Source: Eledone cirrhosa (lineage: Eukaryota). From it: 64,000 bases of DNA. Shown here in pieces: positions 37,570-52,400 of the stretch. The stretch spans positions 5,828,001 through 5,892,000 of the forward strand of contig OZ024759.1 in NCBI GenBank assembly GCA_964016885.1. The letters are read 5' to 3'. Below the pieces are notes generated by a model that ran no database searches, was not told where the DNA came from, and saw only the letters and a program-made list of their open reading frames with translations. The first letter of the stretch is position 1. Each line of letters starts with the position of its first letter. The translations under genes and the position numbers were made by a program.

Positions 37570-40500
37570 CATTTAAGTTCATGGTATTAGCTGTCAGAAG
37601 TCACTCCAATGTTGGTGAGAATTCATTTAAGTTCATGGTATTAGCTGTCAGAAGTAACTCCACTGTTGGTGAGAATGCATTTAAGTTCATGGTATTAGCT
37701 GTCAGAAGTAACTCCACTGTTGGTGAGAATGCATTTAAGTTCATGGTATTAGCTGTCAGAAGTAACTCCACTGTTGGTGAGAATTCATTTAAGTTCATGG
37801 TATTAGCTGTCAGAAGTAACTCCATTGTTGGTGAGAATTCATTTAAGTCATGGTACTAGCTGTCAGAAGTAACTCCACTGTTGGTGAGAATTCATTTAAG
37901 TTCATGGTACTAGCTGTCAGAAGTAACTCCACTGTTGGTGAGAATTCATTTAAGTTCATGGTACTAGCTGTCAGAAGTAACTCCACTGTTGGTGAGAATT
38001 CATTTAAGTTCATGGTACTAGCTGTCAGAAGTAACTCCACTGTTGGTGAGAATTCATTTAAGTTCATGGTACTAGCTGTCAGAAGTAACTCCAATGTTGG
38101 TGAGAATTCATTTAAGTTCATGGTATTAGCTGTCAGAAGTAACTCCACTGTTGGTGAGAATTCATTTAAGTTCATGGTACTAGCTGTCAGAAGTAACTCC
38201 ACTGTTGGTGAGAATTCATTTAAGTTCATGGTATTAGCTGTCAGAAGTCACTCCACTGTTGGTGAGAATTCATTTAAGTTCATGGTACTAGCTGTCAGAA
38301 GTAACCCCAATGTTGGTGAGAATTCTTTTAAGTTCATGGTATTAGCTGTCAGAAGTCACTCCAATGTTGGTGAGAATTCATTTAAGTTCATGGTATTAGC
38401 TGTCAGAAGTCACTCCACTGTTGGTGAGAATTCATTTAAGTTCATGGTACTAGCTGTCAGAAGTAACCCCAATGTTGGTGAGAATTCATTTAAGTTCATG
38501 GTATTAGCTGTCAGAAGTAACTCCACTGTTGGTGAGAATTCATTTAAGTTCATGGTACTAGCTGTCAGAAGTAACTCCAATGTTGGTGAGAATTCATTTA
38601 AGTTCATGGTATTAGCTGTCAGAAGGAACTCCACTGTTGGTGAGAATTCATTTAAGTTCATGGTACTAGTTGTCAGAAGTAACTCCACTGTTGGTGAGAA
38701 TTCATTTAAGTTCATGGTATTAGTTGTCAGAAGTAACTCCACTGTTGGTGAGAATTCATTTAAGTCATGGTATTAGTTGTCAGAAGTAACTCCAATGTTG
38801 GTGAGATTTCATTTAAGTTCATGGTACTAGCTGTCAGAAGTAACTCCACTGTTGGTGAGAATTCATTTAAGTCATGGTATTAGCTGTCAATAGTAACTCC
38901 ATTGTTGGTGAGAATTCATTTAAGTCATGGTACTAGCTGTCAGAAGTAACTCCACTGTTGGTGAGAATTCATTTAAGTTCATGGTATTAGCTGTCAGAAG
39001 GAACTCCACTGTTGGTGAGAATTCATTTAAGATCATGGTACTAGCTGTCAGAAGTAACTCCACTGTTGGTGAGAATTCATTTAAGTTCATGGTATTAGTT
39101 TGTCAGAAGTAACTCCACTGTTGGTGAGAATTCATTTAAGTCATGGTATTAGTTGTCAGAAGTAACTCCAATGTTGGTGAGAATTCATTTAAGTCATGGT
39201 ACTAGCCGTCAGAAGTAACTCCAATGTTGGTGAGAATTCTTTTAAGTTCATGGTATTAGCTGTCAGAAGGAACTCCACTGTTGGTGAGAATTCATTTAAG
39301 TTCATGGTATTAGCTGTCAGAAGTAACTCCACTGTTGGTGAGAATTCATTTAAGTTCATGGTATTAGCTGTCAGAAGTCACTCCAATGTTGGTGAGAATT
39401 CATTTAAGTTCATGGTATTAGCTGTCAGAAGTAACTCCTCTGTTGGTGAGAATGCATTTAAGTTCATGGTATTAGCTGTCAGAAGTAACTCCACTGTTGG
39501 TGAGAATGCATTTAAGTTCATGGTATTAGCTGTCAGAAGTAACTCCACTGTTGGTGAGAATTCATTTAAGTTCATGGTATTAGCTGTCAGAAGTAACTCC
39601 ATTGTTGGTGAGAATTCATTTAAGTCATGGTACTAGCTGTCAGAAGTAACTCCACTGTTGGTGAGAATTCATTTAAGTTCATGGTACTAGCTGTCAGAAG
39701 TAACTCCACTGTTGGTGAGAATTCATTTAAGTTCATGGTACTAGCTGTCAGAAGTAACTCCACTGTTGGTGAGAATTCATTTAAGTTCATGGTACTAGCT
39801 GTCAGAAGTAACTCCACTGTTGGTGAGAATTCATTTAAGTTCATGGTACTAGCTGTCAGAAGTAACTCCAATGTTGGTGAGAATTCATTTAAGTTCATGG
39901 TATTAGCTGTCAGAAGTAACTCCACTGTTGGTGAGAATTCATTTAAGTTCATGGTACTAGCTGTCAGAAGTAACTCCACTGTTGGTGAGAATTCATTTAA
40001 GTTCATGGTATTAGCTGTCAGAAGTCACTCCACTGTTGGTGAGAATTCATTTAAGTTCATGGTACTAGCTGTCAGAAGTAACCCCAATGTTGGTGAGAAT
40101 TCTTTTAAGTTCATGGTATTAGCTGTCAGAAGTCACTCCAATGTTGGTGAGAATTCATTTAAGTTCATGGTATTAGCTGTCAGAAGTCACTCCACTGTTG
40201 GTGAGAATTCATTTAAGTTCATGGTACTAGCTGTCAGAAGTAACCCCAATGTTGGTGAGAATTCATTTAAGTTCATGGTATTAGCTGTCAGAAGTAACTC
40301 CACTGTTGTTGAGAATTCATTTAAGTTCATGGTACTAGCTGTCAGAAGTAACTCCAATGTTGGTGAGAATTCATTTAAGTTCATGGTATTAGCTGTCAGA
40401 AGGAACTCCACTGTTGGTGAGAATTCATTTAAGTTCATGGTACTAGTTGTCAGAAGTAACTCCACTGTTGGTGAGAATTCATTTAAGTTCATGGTATTAG

Positions 40501-41120
40501 TTGTCAGAAGTAACTCCACTGTTGGTGAGAATTCATTTAAGTCATGGTATTAGTTGTCAGAAGTAACTCCAATGTTGGTGAGATTTCATTTAAGTTCATG
40601 GTACTAGCTGTCAGAAGTAACTCCACTGTTGGTGAGAATTCATTTAAGTCATGGTATTAGCTGTCAATAGTAACTCCATTGTTGGTGAGAATTCATTTAA
40701 GTCATGGTACTAGCTGTCAGAAGTAACTCCACTGTTGGTGAGAATTCATTTAAGTTCATGGTATTAGCTGTCAGAAGGAACTCCACTGTTGGTGAGAATT
40801 CATTTAAGATCATGGTACTAGCTGTCAGAAGTAACTCCACTGTTGGTGAGAATTCATTTAAGTTCATGGTATTAGTTTGTCAGAAGTAACTCCACTGTTG
40901 GTGAGAATTCATTTAAGTCATGGTATTAGTTGTCAGAAGTAACTCCAATGTTGGTGAGAATTCATTTAAGTCATGGTACTAGCCGTCAGAAGTAACTCCA
41001 ATGTTGGTGAGAATTCTTTTAAGTTCATGGTATTAGCTGTCAGAAGGAACTCCACTGTTGGTGAGAATTCATTTAAGTTCATGGTATTAGCTGTCAGAAG
41101 TAACTCCACTGTTGGTGAGA
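37570..41120. repeat. Tandem block duplication, period 1777 bp (33 monomers)
   Basis: GATC variant at 39031/40808 (third copy 36874). GAATTCTTTT, GAGATTTC and paired GAATGC monomers all recur at +1777. 308-aa pseudo-ORFs start at 37850 and 39627. Confidence 0.9.
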
Positions 41121-44100
41121 ATTCATTTAAGTTCATGGTACTAGCTGTCAGAAGTAACTCCAATGTTGGTGAGAATTCATTTAAGTTCATGGTATTAGCT
41201 GTCAGAAGTAACTCCACTGTTGGTGAGAATTCATTTAAGTCATGGTATTAGCTGTCAGAAGTAACTCCAATGTTGGTGAGAATTCATTTATGTTCATGGT
41301 ATTAGCTGTCAGAAGGAACTCCACTGTTGGTGAGAATTCATTTAAGTTCATGGTATTAGCTGTCAGAAGTAACTCCAATGTTGGTGAGAATTCATTTAAG
41401 TCATGGTACTAGCTGTCAGAAGTAACTCCACTGTTGGTGAGAATTCATTTAAGTTCATGGTATTAGCTGTCAGAAGTAACTCCACTGTTGGTGAGAATGC
41501 ATTTAAGTTCATGGTATTAGCTGTCAGAAGTAACTCCACTGTTGGTGAGAATTCATTTAAGTTCATGGTACTAGCTGTCAGAAGTAACTCCACTGTTGGT
41601 GAGAATTCATTTAAGTTCATGGTACTAGCTGTCAGAAGTAACCCCAATGTTGGTGAGAATTCATTTAAGTTCATGGTATTAGCTGTCAGAAGTCACTTCA
41701 ATGTTGGTGAGAATTCATTTAAGTTCATGGTATTAGCTGTCAGAAGTAACTCCACTGTTGGTGAGAATGCATTTAAGTTCATGGTATTAGCTGTCAGAAG
41801 TAACTCCACTGTTGGTGAGAATTCATTTAAGTTCATGGTATTAGCTGTCAGAAGTAACTCCACTGTTGGTGAGAATTCATTTAAGTTCATGGTATTAGCT
41901 GTCAGAAGTAACTCCATTGTTGGTGAGAATTCATTTAAGTCATGGTACTAGCTGTCAGAAGTAACTCCACTGTTGGTGAGAATTCATTTAAGTTCATGGT
42001 ACTAGCTGTCAGAAGTAACTCCACTGTTGGTGAGAATTCATTTAAGTTCATGGTACTAGCTGTCAGAAGTAACTCCACTGTTGGTGAGAATTCATTTAAG
42101 TTCATGGTACTAGCTGTCAGAAGTAACTCCACTGTTGGTGAGAATTCATTTAAGTTCATGGTACTAGCTGTCAGAAGTAACTCCAATGTTGGTGAGAATT
42201 CATTTAAGTTCATGGTATTAGCTGTCAGAAGTAACTCCACTGTTGGTGAGAATTCATTTAAGTTCATGGTACTAGCTGTCAGAAGTAACTCCACTGTTGG
42301 TGAGAATTCATTTAAGTTCATGGTATTAGCTGTCAGAAGTCACTCCACTGTTGGTGAGAATTCATTTAAGTTCATGGTACTAGCTGTCAAAAGTAACCCC
42401 AATGTTGGTGAGAATTCATTTAAGTTCATGGTATTAGCTGTCAGAAGTCACTCCAATGTTGGTGAGAATTCATTTAAGTTCATGGTATTAGCTGTCAGAA
42501 GTCACTCCACTGTTGGTGAGAATTCATTTAAGTTCATGGTACTAGCTGTCAGAAGTAACTCCAATGTTGGTGAGAATTCATTTAAGTTCATGGTATTAGC
42601 TGTCAGAAGGAACTCCACTGTTGGTGAGAATTCATTTAAGTTCATGGTATTAGCTGTCAGAAGTAACTCCATTGTTGGTGAGAATTCATTTAAGTCATGG
42701 TACTAGCTGTCAGAAGTAACTCCACTGTTGGTGAGAATTCATTTAAGTTCATGGTATTAGCTGTCAGAAGGTACGCCACTGTTGGTGAGAATTCATTTAA
42801 GTTCATGGTATTAGCTGTCAGAAGTAACTCCACTGTTGGTGAGAATTCATTTAAGTTCATGGTATTAGCTGTCAGAAGTAACTCCATTGTTGGTGAGAAT
42901 TCATTTAAGTCATGGTACTAGCTGTCAGAAGTAACTCCAATGTTGGTGAGAATTCATTTAAGTTCATGGTATTAGCTGTCAGAAGGAACTCCACTGTTGG
43001 TGAGAATTCATTTAAGTTCATGGTATTAGCTGTCAGAAGTAACTCCACTGTTGGTGAGAATTCATTTAAGTCATGGTATTAGCTGTCAGAAGTAACTCCA
43101 TTCTTGGTGAGAATTCATTTAAGTCATGGTACTAGCTGTCAGAAGTAACTCCACTGTTGGTGAGAATTCATTTAATTTCATGGTATTAGCTGTCAGAAGG
43201 AACTCCACTGTTGGTGAGAATTCATTTAAGTTCATGGTATTAGCTGTCAGAAGTAACTCCACTGTTGGTGAGAATTCATTTAAGTTCATGGTATTAGCTG
43301 TCAGAAGGAACTCCACTGTTGGTGAGAATTCATTTAAGTTCATGGTATTAGCTGTCAGAAGTAACTCCACTGTTGGTGAGAATTAATTTAAATTCATGGT
43401 ACTATCTGTCAGAATTAACTCCAATGTTAGTGAGAATTCATTTAAGTTCATGGTATTAGCTGTCAGAAGTAACTCCACTGTTGGTGAGAATTCATTTAAG
43501 TTCATGGTATTAGCTGTCAGAAGTAACTCCACTGTTGGTGAGAATTCATTTAAGTTCATGGTACTAGCTCTCAGAAGTAACTCCACTGTTGGTGAGAATT
43601 CATTTAAGTTCATGGTACTAGCTGTCAGAAGTAACCCCAATGTTGGTGAGAATTCATTTAAGTTCATGGTATTAGCTGTCAGAAGTCACTCCAATGTTGG
43701 TGAGAATTCATTTAAGTTCATGGTATTAGCTGTCAGAAGTAACTCCACTGTTGGTGAGAATGCATTTAAGTTCATGGTATTAGCTGTCAGAAGTAACTCC
43801 ACTGTTGGTGAGAATTCAGTTAAGTTCATGGTATTAGCTGTCAGAAGTAACTCCACTGTTGGTGAGAATTCATTTAAGTTCATGGTATTAGCTGTCAGAA
43901 GTAACTCCACTGTTGGTGAGAATTCATTTAAGTTCATGGTACAAGCTGTCAGAAGTAACTCCACTGTTGGTGAGAATTCATTTAAGTTCATGGTACTAGC
44001 TGTCAGAAGTAACTCCACTGTTGGTGAGAATTCATTTAAGTTCATGGTACTAGCTGTCAGAAGTAACTCCAATGTTGGTGAGAATTCATTTAAGTTCATG

Positions 44101-45099
44101 GTACTAGCTGTCAGAAGTAACTCCAATGTTGGTGAGAATTCATTTAAGTTCATGGTATTAGCTGTCAGAAGTAACTCCACTGTTGGTGAGAATTCATTTA
44201 AGTTCATGGTACTAGCTGTCAGAAGTAACTCCACTGTTGGTGAGAATTCATTTAAGTTCATGGTATTAGCTGTCAGAAGTCACTCCACTGTTGGTGAGAA
44301 TTCATTTAAGTTCATGGTACTAGCTGTCAGAAGTAACCCCAATGTTGGTGAGAATTCATTTAAGTTCATGGTATTAGCTTTCAGAAGTAACTCCACTGTT
44401 GGTGAGAATTCATTTAAGTTCATGGTATTAGCTGTCAGAAGGAACTCCACTGTTGGTGAGAATTCATTTAAGTTCATGGTATTAGCTGTCAGAAGTAACT
44501 CCACTGTTGGTGAGAATTAATTTAAGTTCATGGTACTATCTGTCAGAAGTAACTCCAATGTTGGTGAGAATTCATTTAAGTTCATGGTATTAGCTGTCAG
44601 AAGGAACTCCACTGTTGGTGAGAATTCATTTAAGTTCATGGTACTAGCTGTCAGAAGTAACTCCACTGTTGGTGAGAATTCATTTAAGTTCATGGTATTA
44701 GTTTGTCAGAAGTAACTCCACTGTTGGTGAGAATTCATTTAAGTCATGGTATTAGTTGTCAGAAGTAACTCCACTGTTGGTGAGAATTCATTTAAGTTCA
44801 TGGTACTAGCTGTCAGAAGTAACCCCAATGTTGGTGAGAATTCATTTAAGTTCATGGTATTAGCTGTCAGAAGTCACTACAATGTTGGTGAGAATTCATT
44901 TAAGTTCATGGTATTAGCTGTCAGAAGTCACTCCACTGTTGGTGAGAATTCATTTAAGTTCATGGTACTAGCTGTCAGAAGTAACCCCAATGTTGGTGAG
45001 AATTCATTTAAGTTCATGGTATTAGCTGTCAGAAGTAACTCCACTGTTGGTGAGAATTCATTTAAGTTCATGGTATTAGCTGTCAGAAGGAACTCCACT

Positions 45100-48000
45100 G
45101 TTGGTGAGAATTCATTTAAGTTCATGGTACTAGCTGTCAGAAGTAACTCCACTGTTGGTGAGAATTCATTTAAGTTCATGGTATTAGTTTGTCAGAAGTA
45201 ACTCCACTGTTGGTGAGAATTCATTTAAGTCATGGTATTAGTTGTCAGAAGTAACTCCAATGTTGGTGAGAATTCATTTAAGTCATGGTACTAGCCGTCA
45301 GAAGTAACTCCAATGTTGGTGAGAATTCATTTAAGTTCATGGTATTAGCTGTCAGAAGGAACTCCACTGTTGGTGAGAATTCATTTAAGTTCATGGTATT
45401 AGCTGTCAGAAGTAACTCCACTGTTGGTGAGAATTCATTTAAGTTCATGGTACTAGCTGTCAGAAGTAACTCCAATGTTGGTGAGAATTCATTTAAGTTC
45501 ATGGTATTAGCTGTCAGAAGTAACTCCACTGTTGGTGAGAATTCATTTAAGTCATGGTATTAGCTGTCAGAAGTAACTCCAATGTTGGTGAGAATTCATT
45601 TAAGTTCATGGTATTAGCTGTCAGAAGGAACTCCACTGTTGGTGAGAATTCATTTAAGTTCATGGTATTAGCTGTCAGAAGTAACTCCAATGTTGGTGAG
45701 AATTCATTTAAGTCATGGTACTAGCTGTCAGAAGTAACTCCACTGTTGGTGAGAATTCATTTAAGTTCATGGTATTAGCTGTCAGAAGGAACTCCACTGT
45801 TGGTGAGAATTCATTTAAGTTCATGGTATTAGCTGTCAGAAGTAACTCCACTGTTGGTGAGAATTAATTTAAGTTCATGGTACTATCTGTCAGAAGTAAC
45901 TCCAATGTTGGTGAGAATTCATTTAAGTTCATGGTATTAGCTGTCAGAAGTAACTCCACTGTTGGTGAGAATTCATTTAAGTTCATGGTATTAGCTGTCA
46001 GAAGTAACTCCACTGTTGGTGAGAATTCATTTAAGTTCATGGTACTAGCTGTCAGAAGTAACCCCAATGTTGGTGAGAATTCATTTAAGTTCATGGTATT
46101 AGCTGTCAGAAGTCACTCCAATGTTGGTGAGAATTCATTTAAGTTCATGGTATTAGCTGTCAGAAGTAACTCCACTGTTGGTGAGAATGCATTTAAGTTC
46201 ATGGTATTAGCTGTCAGAAGTAACTCCACTGTTGGTGAGAATTCATTTAAGTTCATGGTATTAGCTGTCAGAAGTAACTCCACTGTTGGTGAGAATTCAT
46301 TTAAGTTCATGGTATTAGCTGTCAGAAGTAACTCCATTGTTGGTGAGAATTCATTTAAGTCATGGTACTAGCTGTCAGAAGTAACTCCACTGTTGGTGAG
46401 AATTCATTTAAGTTCATGGTACTAGCTGTCAGAAGTAACTCCACTGTTGGTGAGAATTCATTTAAGTTCATGGTACTAGCTGTCAGAAGTAACTCCACTG
46501 TTGGTGAGAATTCATTTAAGTTCATGGTACTGGCTGTCAGAAATAACTCCACTGTTGGTGAGAATTCATTTAAGTTCATGGTACTAGCTGTCAGAAGTAA
46601 CTCCAATGTTGGTGAGAATTCATTTAAGTTCATGGTATTAGCTGTCAGAAGTAACTCCACTGTTGGTGAGAATTCATTTAAGTTCATGGTACTAGCTGTC
46701 AGAAGTAACTCCACTGTTGGTGAGAATTCATTTAAGTTCATGGTATTAGCTGTCAGAAGTCACTCCACTGTTGGTGAGAATTCATTTAAGTTCATGGTAC
46801 TAGCTGTCAGAAGTAACCCCAATGTTGGTGAGAATTCATTTAAGTTCATGGTATTAGCTGTCAGAAGTCACTCCAATGTTGGTGAGAATTCATTTAAGTT
46901 CATGGTATTAGCTGTCAGAAGTCACTCCACTGTTGGTGAGAATTCATTTAAGTTCATGGTATTAGCTGTCAGAAGTAACTCCACTGTTGGTGAGAATTCA
47001 TTTAAGTTCATGGTACTAGCTGTCAGAAGTAACTCCACTGTTGGTGAGAATTCATTTAAGTTCATGGTATTAGTTTGTCAGAAGTAACTCCACTGTTGGT
47101 GAGAATTCATTTAAGTCATGGTATTAGTTGTCAGAAGTAACTCCAATGTTGGTGAGAATTCATTTAAGTCATGGTACTAGCCGTCAGAAGTAACTCCAAT
47201 GTTGGTGAGAATTCATTTAAGTTCATGGTATTAGCTGTCAGAAGGAACTCCACTGTTGGTGAGAATTCATTTAAGTTCATGGTATTAGCTGTCAGAAGTA
47301 ACTCCACTGTTGGTGAGAATTCATTTAAGTTCATGGTACTAGCTGTCAGAAGTAACTCCAATGTTGGTGAGAATTCATTTAAGTTCATGGTATTAGCTGT
47401 CAGAAGTAACTCCACTGTTGGTGAGAATTCATTTAAGTCATGGTATTAGCTGTCAGAAGTAACTCCAATGTTGGTGAGAATTCATTTAAGTTCATGGTAT
47501 TAGTTGTCAGAAGGAACTCCACTGTTGGTGAGAATTCATATATGTTCATGGTATTAGCTGTCAGAAGTAACTCCAATGTTGGTGAGAATTCATTTAAGTC
47601 ATGGTACTAGCTGTCAGAAGTAACTCCACTGTTGGTGAGAATTCATTTAAGTTCATGGTATTAGCTGTCAGAAGGAACTCCACTGTTGGTGAGAATTCAT
47701 TTAAGTTCATGGTATTAGCTGTCAGAAGTAACTCCACTGTTGGTGAGAATTAATTTAAGTTCATGGTACTATCTGTCAGAAGTAACTCCAATGTTGGTGA
47801 GAATTCATTTAAGTTCATGGTATTAGCTGTCAGAAGTAACTCCACTGTTGGTGAGAATTCATTTAAGTTCATGGTATTAGCTGTCAGAAGTAACTCCACT
47901 GTTGGTGAGAATTCATTTAAGTTCATGGTACTAGCTGTCAGAAGTAACCCCAATGTTGGTGAGAATTCATTTAAGTTCATGGTATTAGCTGTCAGAAGTC

Positions 48001-48880
48001 ACTCCAATGTTGGTGAGAATTCATTTAAGTTCATGGTATTAGCTGTCAGAAGTAACTCCACTGTTGGTGAGAATGCATTTAAGTTCATGGTATTAGCTGT
48101 CAGAAGTAACTCCACTGTTGGTGAGAATTCATTTAAGTTCATGGTATTAGCTGTCAGAAGTAACTCCACTGTTGGTGAGAATTCATTTAAGTTCATGGTA
48201 TTAGCTGTCAGAAGTAACTCCATTGTTGGTGAGAATTCATTTAAGTCATGGTACTAGCTGTCAGAAGTAACTCCACTGTTGGTGAGAATTCATTTAAGTT
48301 CATGGTACTAGCTGTCAGAAGTAACTCCACTGTTGGTGAGAATTCATTTAAGTTCATGGTACTAGCTGTCATAAGTAACTCCACTGTTGGTGAGAATTCA
48401 TTTAAGTTCATGGTACTAGCTGTCAGAAGTAACTCCACTGTTGGTGAGAATTCATTTAAGTTCATGGTACTAGCTGTCAGAAGTAACTCCAATGTTGGTG
48501 AGAATTCATTTAAGTTCATGGTATTAGCTGTCAGAAGTAACTCCACTGTTGGTGAGAATTCATTTAAGTTCATGGTACTAGCTGTCAGAAGTAACTCCAC
48601 TGTTGGTGAGAATTCATTTAAGTTCATGGTATTAGCTGTCAGAAGTCACTCCACTGTTGGTGAGAATTCATTTAAGTTCATGGTACTAGCTGTCAGAAGT
48701 AACCCCAATGTTGGTGAGAATTCATTTAAGTTCATGGTATTAGCTGTCAGAAGTCACTCCAATGTTGGTGAGAATTCATTTAAGTTCATGGTATTAGCTG
48801 TCAGAAGTCACTCCACTGTTGGTGAGAATTCATTTAAGTTCATGGTATTAGCTGTCAGAAGTAACTCCACTGTTGGTGAG
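45100..48880. repeat. Tandem block duplication, period 1886 bp (35 monomers)
   Basis: GAATTAATTTAAG..TACTATCTGT at ~45861/47747 and GAATGC at ~46185/48071. ORF starts 45285/45877/46362 recur at 47171/47763/48248. Confidence 0.9.
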
Positions 48881-49479
48881 AATTCATTTAAGTTCATGGT
48901 ACTAGTTGTCAGTAGTAACTCCACTGTTGGTGAGAATTCATTTAAGTTCATGGTATTAGTTGTCAGAAGTAACTCCACTGTTGGTGAGAATTCATTTAAG
49001 TCATGGTATTAGTTGTCAGAAGTAACTCCAATGTTGGTGAGAATTCATTTAAGTTCATGGTACTAGCTGTCAGAAGTAACTCCACTGTTGGTGAGAATTC
49101 ATTTAAGTTCATGGTATTAGCTGTCAGAAGTAACTCCACTGTTGGTGAGAATTCATTTAACTCATGGTATTAGCTGTCAATAGTAACTCCATTGTTGGTG
49201 AGAATTCATTTAAGTCATGGTACTAGCTGTCAGAAGTAACTCCACTGTTGGTGAGAATTCATTTAAGTTCATGGTATTAGCTGTCAGAAGGAACTCCACT
49301 GTTGGTGAGAATTCATTTAAGTTCATGGTACTAGCTGTCAGAAGTAACTCCACTGTTGGTGAGAATTCATTTAAGTTCATGGTATTAGTTTGTTAGAAGT
49401 AACTCCACTGTTGGTGAGAATTCATTTAAGTCATGGTATTAGTTGTCAGAAGTAACTCCAATGTTGGTGAGAATTCATT

Positions 49480-52400
49480 TAAGTCATGGTACTAGCCGTC
49501 AGAAGTAACTCCAATGTTGGTGAGAATTCATTTAAGTTCATGGTATTAGCTGTCAGAAGGAACTCCACTGTTGGTGAGAATTCATTTAAGTTCCTGGTAT
49601 TAGCTGTCAGAAGTAACTCCACTGTTGGTGAGAATTCATTTAAGTTCATGGTACTAGCTGTCAGAAGTAACTCCACTGTTGGTGAGAATTCATTTAAGTT
49701 CATGGTACTAGTTGTCAGAAGTAACTCCACTGTTGGTGAGAATTCATTTAAGTTCATGGTATTAGCTGTCAGAAGGAACCCCAATGTTGGTGAGAATTCA
49801 TTTAAGTTCATGGTATTAGCTGTCAGAAGTAACTCCACTGTTGGTGAGAATTCATTTAAGTTCATGGTACTAGTTGTCAGAAGTAACTCCACTGTTGGTG
49901 AGAATTCATTTAAGTTCATGGTATTAGTTGTCAGAAGTAACTCCACTGTTGGTGAGAATTCATTTAAGTCATGGTATTAGTTGTCAGAAGTAACTCCAAT
50001 GTTGGTGAGAATTCATTTAAGTTCATGGTACTAGCTGTCAGAAGTAACTCCACTGTTGGTGAGAATTCATTTAAGTTCATGGCATTAGCTGTCAGAAGTA
50101 ACTCCACTGTTGGTGAGAATTCATTTAAGTCATGGTATTAGCTGTCAAAAGTAACTCCATTGTTGGTGAGAATTCATTTAAGTCATGGTACTAGCTGTCA
50201 GAAGTAACTCCACTGTTGGTGAGAATTCATTTAAGTTCATGGTATTAGCTGTCAGAAGGAACTCCACTGTTGGTGAGAATTCATTTAAGTTCATGGTACT
50301 AGCTGTCAGAAGTAACTCCACTGTTGGTGAGAATTCATTTAAGTTCATGTTATTAGTTTGTCAGAAGTAACTCCACTGTTGGTGAGAATTCATTTAAGTC
50401 ATGGTATTAGTTGTCAGAAGTAACTCCAATGTTGGTGAGAATTCATTTAAGTCATGGTACTAGCCGTCAGAAGTAACTCCAATGTTGGTGAGAATTCATT
50501 TAAGTTCATGGTATTAGCTGTCAGAAGGAACTCCACTGTTGGTGAGAATTCATTTAAGTTCCTGGTATTAGCTGTCAGAAGTAACTCCACTGTTGGTGAG
50601 AATTCATTTAAGTTCATGGTACTAGCTGTCAGAAGTAACTCCAATGTTGGTGAGAATTCATTTAAGTTCATGGTATTAGCTGTCAGAAGTAACTCCACTG
50701 TTGGTGAGAATTTATTTAAGTCATGGTATTAGCTGTCAGAAGTAACTCCAATGTTGGTGAGAATTCATTTAAGTTCATGGTATTAGCTGTCAGAAGTAAC
50801 TCCACTGTTGGTGAGAATTCATTTAAGTTCATGGTATTAGCTGTCAGAAGTAACTCCACTGTTGGTGAGAATTCATTTAAGTTCATGGTACTAGCTGTCA
50901 GAAGTAACTCCACTGTTGGTGAGAATTCATTTAAGTTCATGGTATTAGCTGTCAGAAGTAACTCCAATGTTGGTGAGAATTCATTTAAGTTCATGGTATT
51001 AGCTGTCAGAAGGAACTCCACTGTTGGTGAGAATTCATTTAAGTTCATGGTATTAGCTGTCAGAAGTAACTCCACTGTTGGTGAGAATTCATTTAAGTTC
51101 ATGGTACTAGTTGTCAGAAGTAACTCCACTGTTGGTGAGAATTCATTTAAGTTCATGGTATTAGCTGTCAGAAGGAACCCCAATGTTGGTGAGAATTCAT
51201 TTAAGTTCATGGTATTAGCTGTCAGAAGTAACTCCACTGTTGGTGAGAATTCATTTAAGTTCATGGTACTAGTTGTCAGAAGTAACTCCACTGTTGGTGA
51301 GAATTCATTTAAGTTCATGGTATTAGTTGTCAGAAGTAACTCCACTGTTGGTGAGAATTCATTTAAGTCATGGTATTAGTTGTCAGAAGTAACTCCAATG
51401 TTGGTGAGAATTCATTTAAGTTCATGGTACTAGCTGTCAGAAGTAACTCCACTGTTGGTGAGAATTCATTTAAGTTCATGGTATTAGCTGTCAGAAGTAA
51501 CTCCACTGTTGGTGAGAATTCATTTAAGTCATGGTATTAGCTGTCAAAAGTAACTCCATTGTTGGTGAGAATTCATTTAAGTCATGGTACTAGCTGTCAG
51601 AAGTAACTCCACTGTTGGTGAGAATTCATTTAAGTTCATGGTATTAGCTGTCAGAAGGAACTCCACTGTTGGTGAGAATTCATTTAAGTTCATGGTACTA
51701 GCTGTCAGAAGTAACTCCACTGTTGGTGAGAATTCATTTAAGTTCATGTTATTAGTTTGTCAGAAGTAACTCCACTGTTGGTGAGAATTCATTTAAGTCA
51801 TGGTATTAGTTGTCAGAAGTAACTCCAATGTTGGTGAGAATTCATTTAAGTCATGGTACTAGCCGTCAGAAGTAACTCCAATGTTGGTGAGAATTCATTT
51901 AAGTTCATGGTATTAGCTGTCAGAAGGAACTCCACTGTTGGTGAGAATTCATTTAAGTTCATGGTATTAGCTGTCAGAGGTAACTCCACTGTTGGTGAGA
52001 ATTCATTTAAGTTCATGGTATTAGCTGTCAGAAGTAACTCCATTGTTGGTGAGAATTCATTTAAGTCATGGTACTAGCTGTCAGAAGTAACTCCACTGTT
52101 GGTGAGAATTCATTTAAGTTCATGGTACTAGCTGTCAGAAGTAACTCCACTGTTGGTGAGAATTCATTTAAGTTCATGGTACTAGCTGTCAGAAGTAACT
52201 CCACTGTTGGTGAGAATTCATTTAAGTTCATGGTACTAGCTGTCAGAAGTAACTCCACTGTTGGTGAGAATTCATTTAAGTTCATGGTATTAGCTGTCAG
52301 AAGGAACTCCACTGTTGGTGAGAATTCATTTAAGTTCATGGTATTAGCTGTCAGAAGTAACTCCACTGTTGGTGAGAATTCATTTAAGTTCATGGTACTA

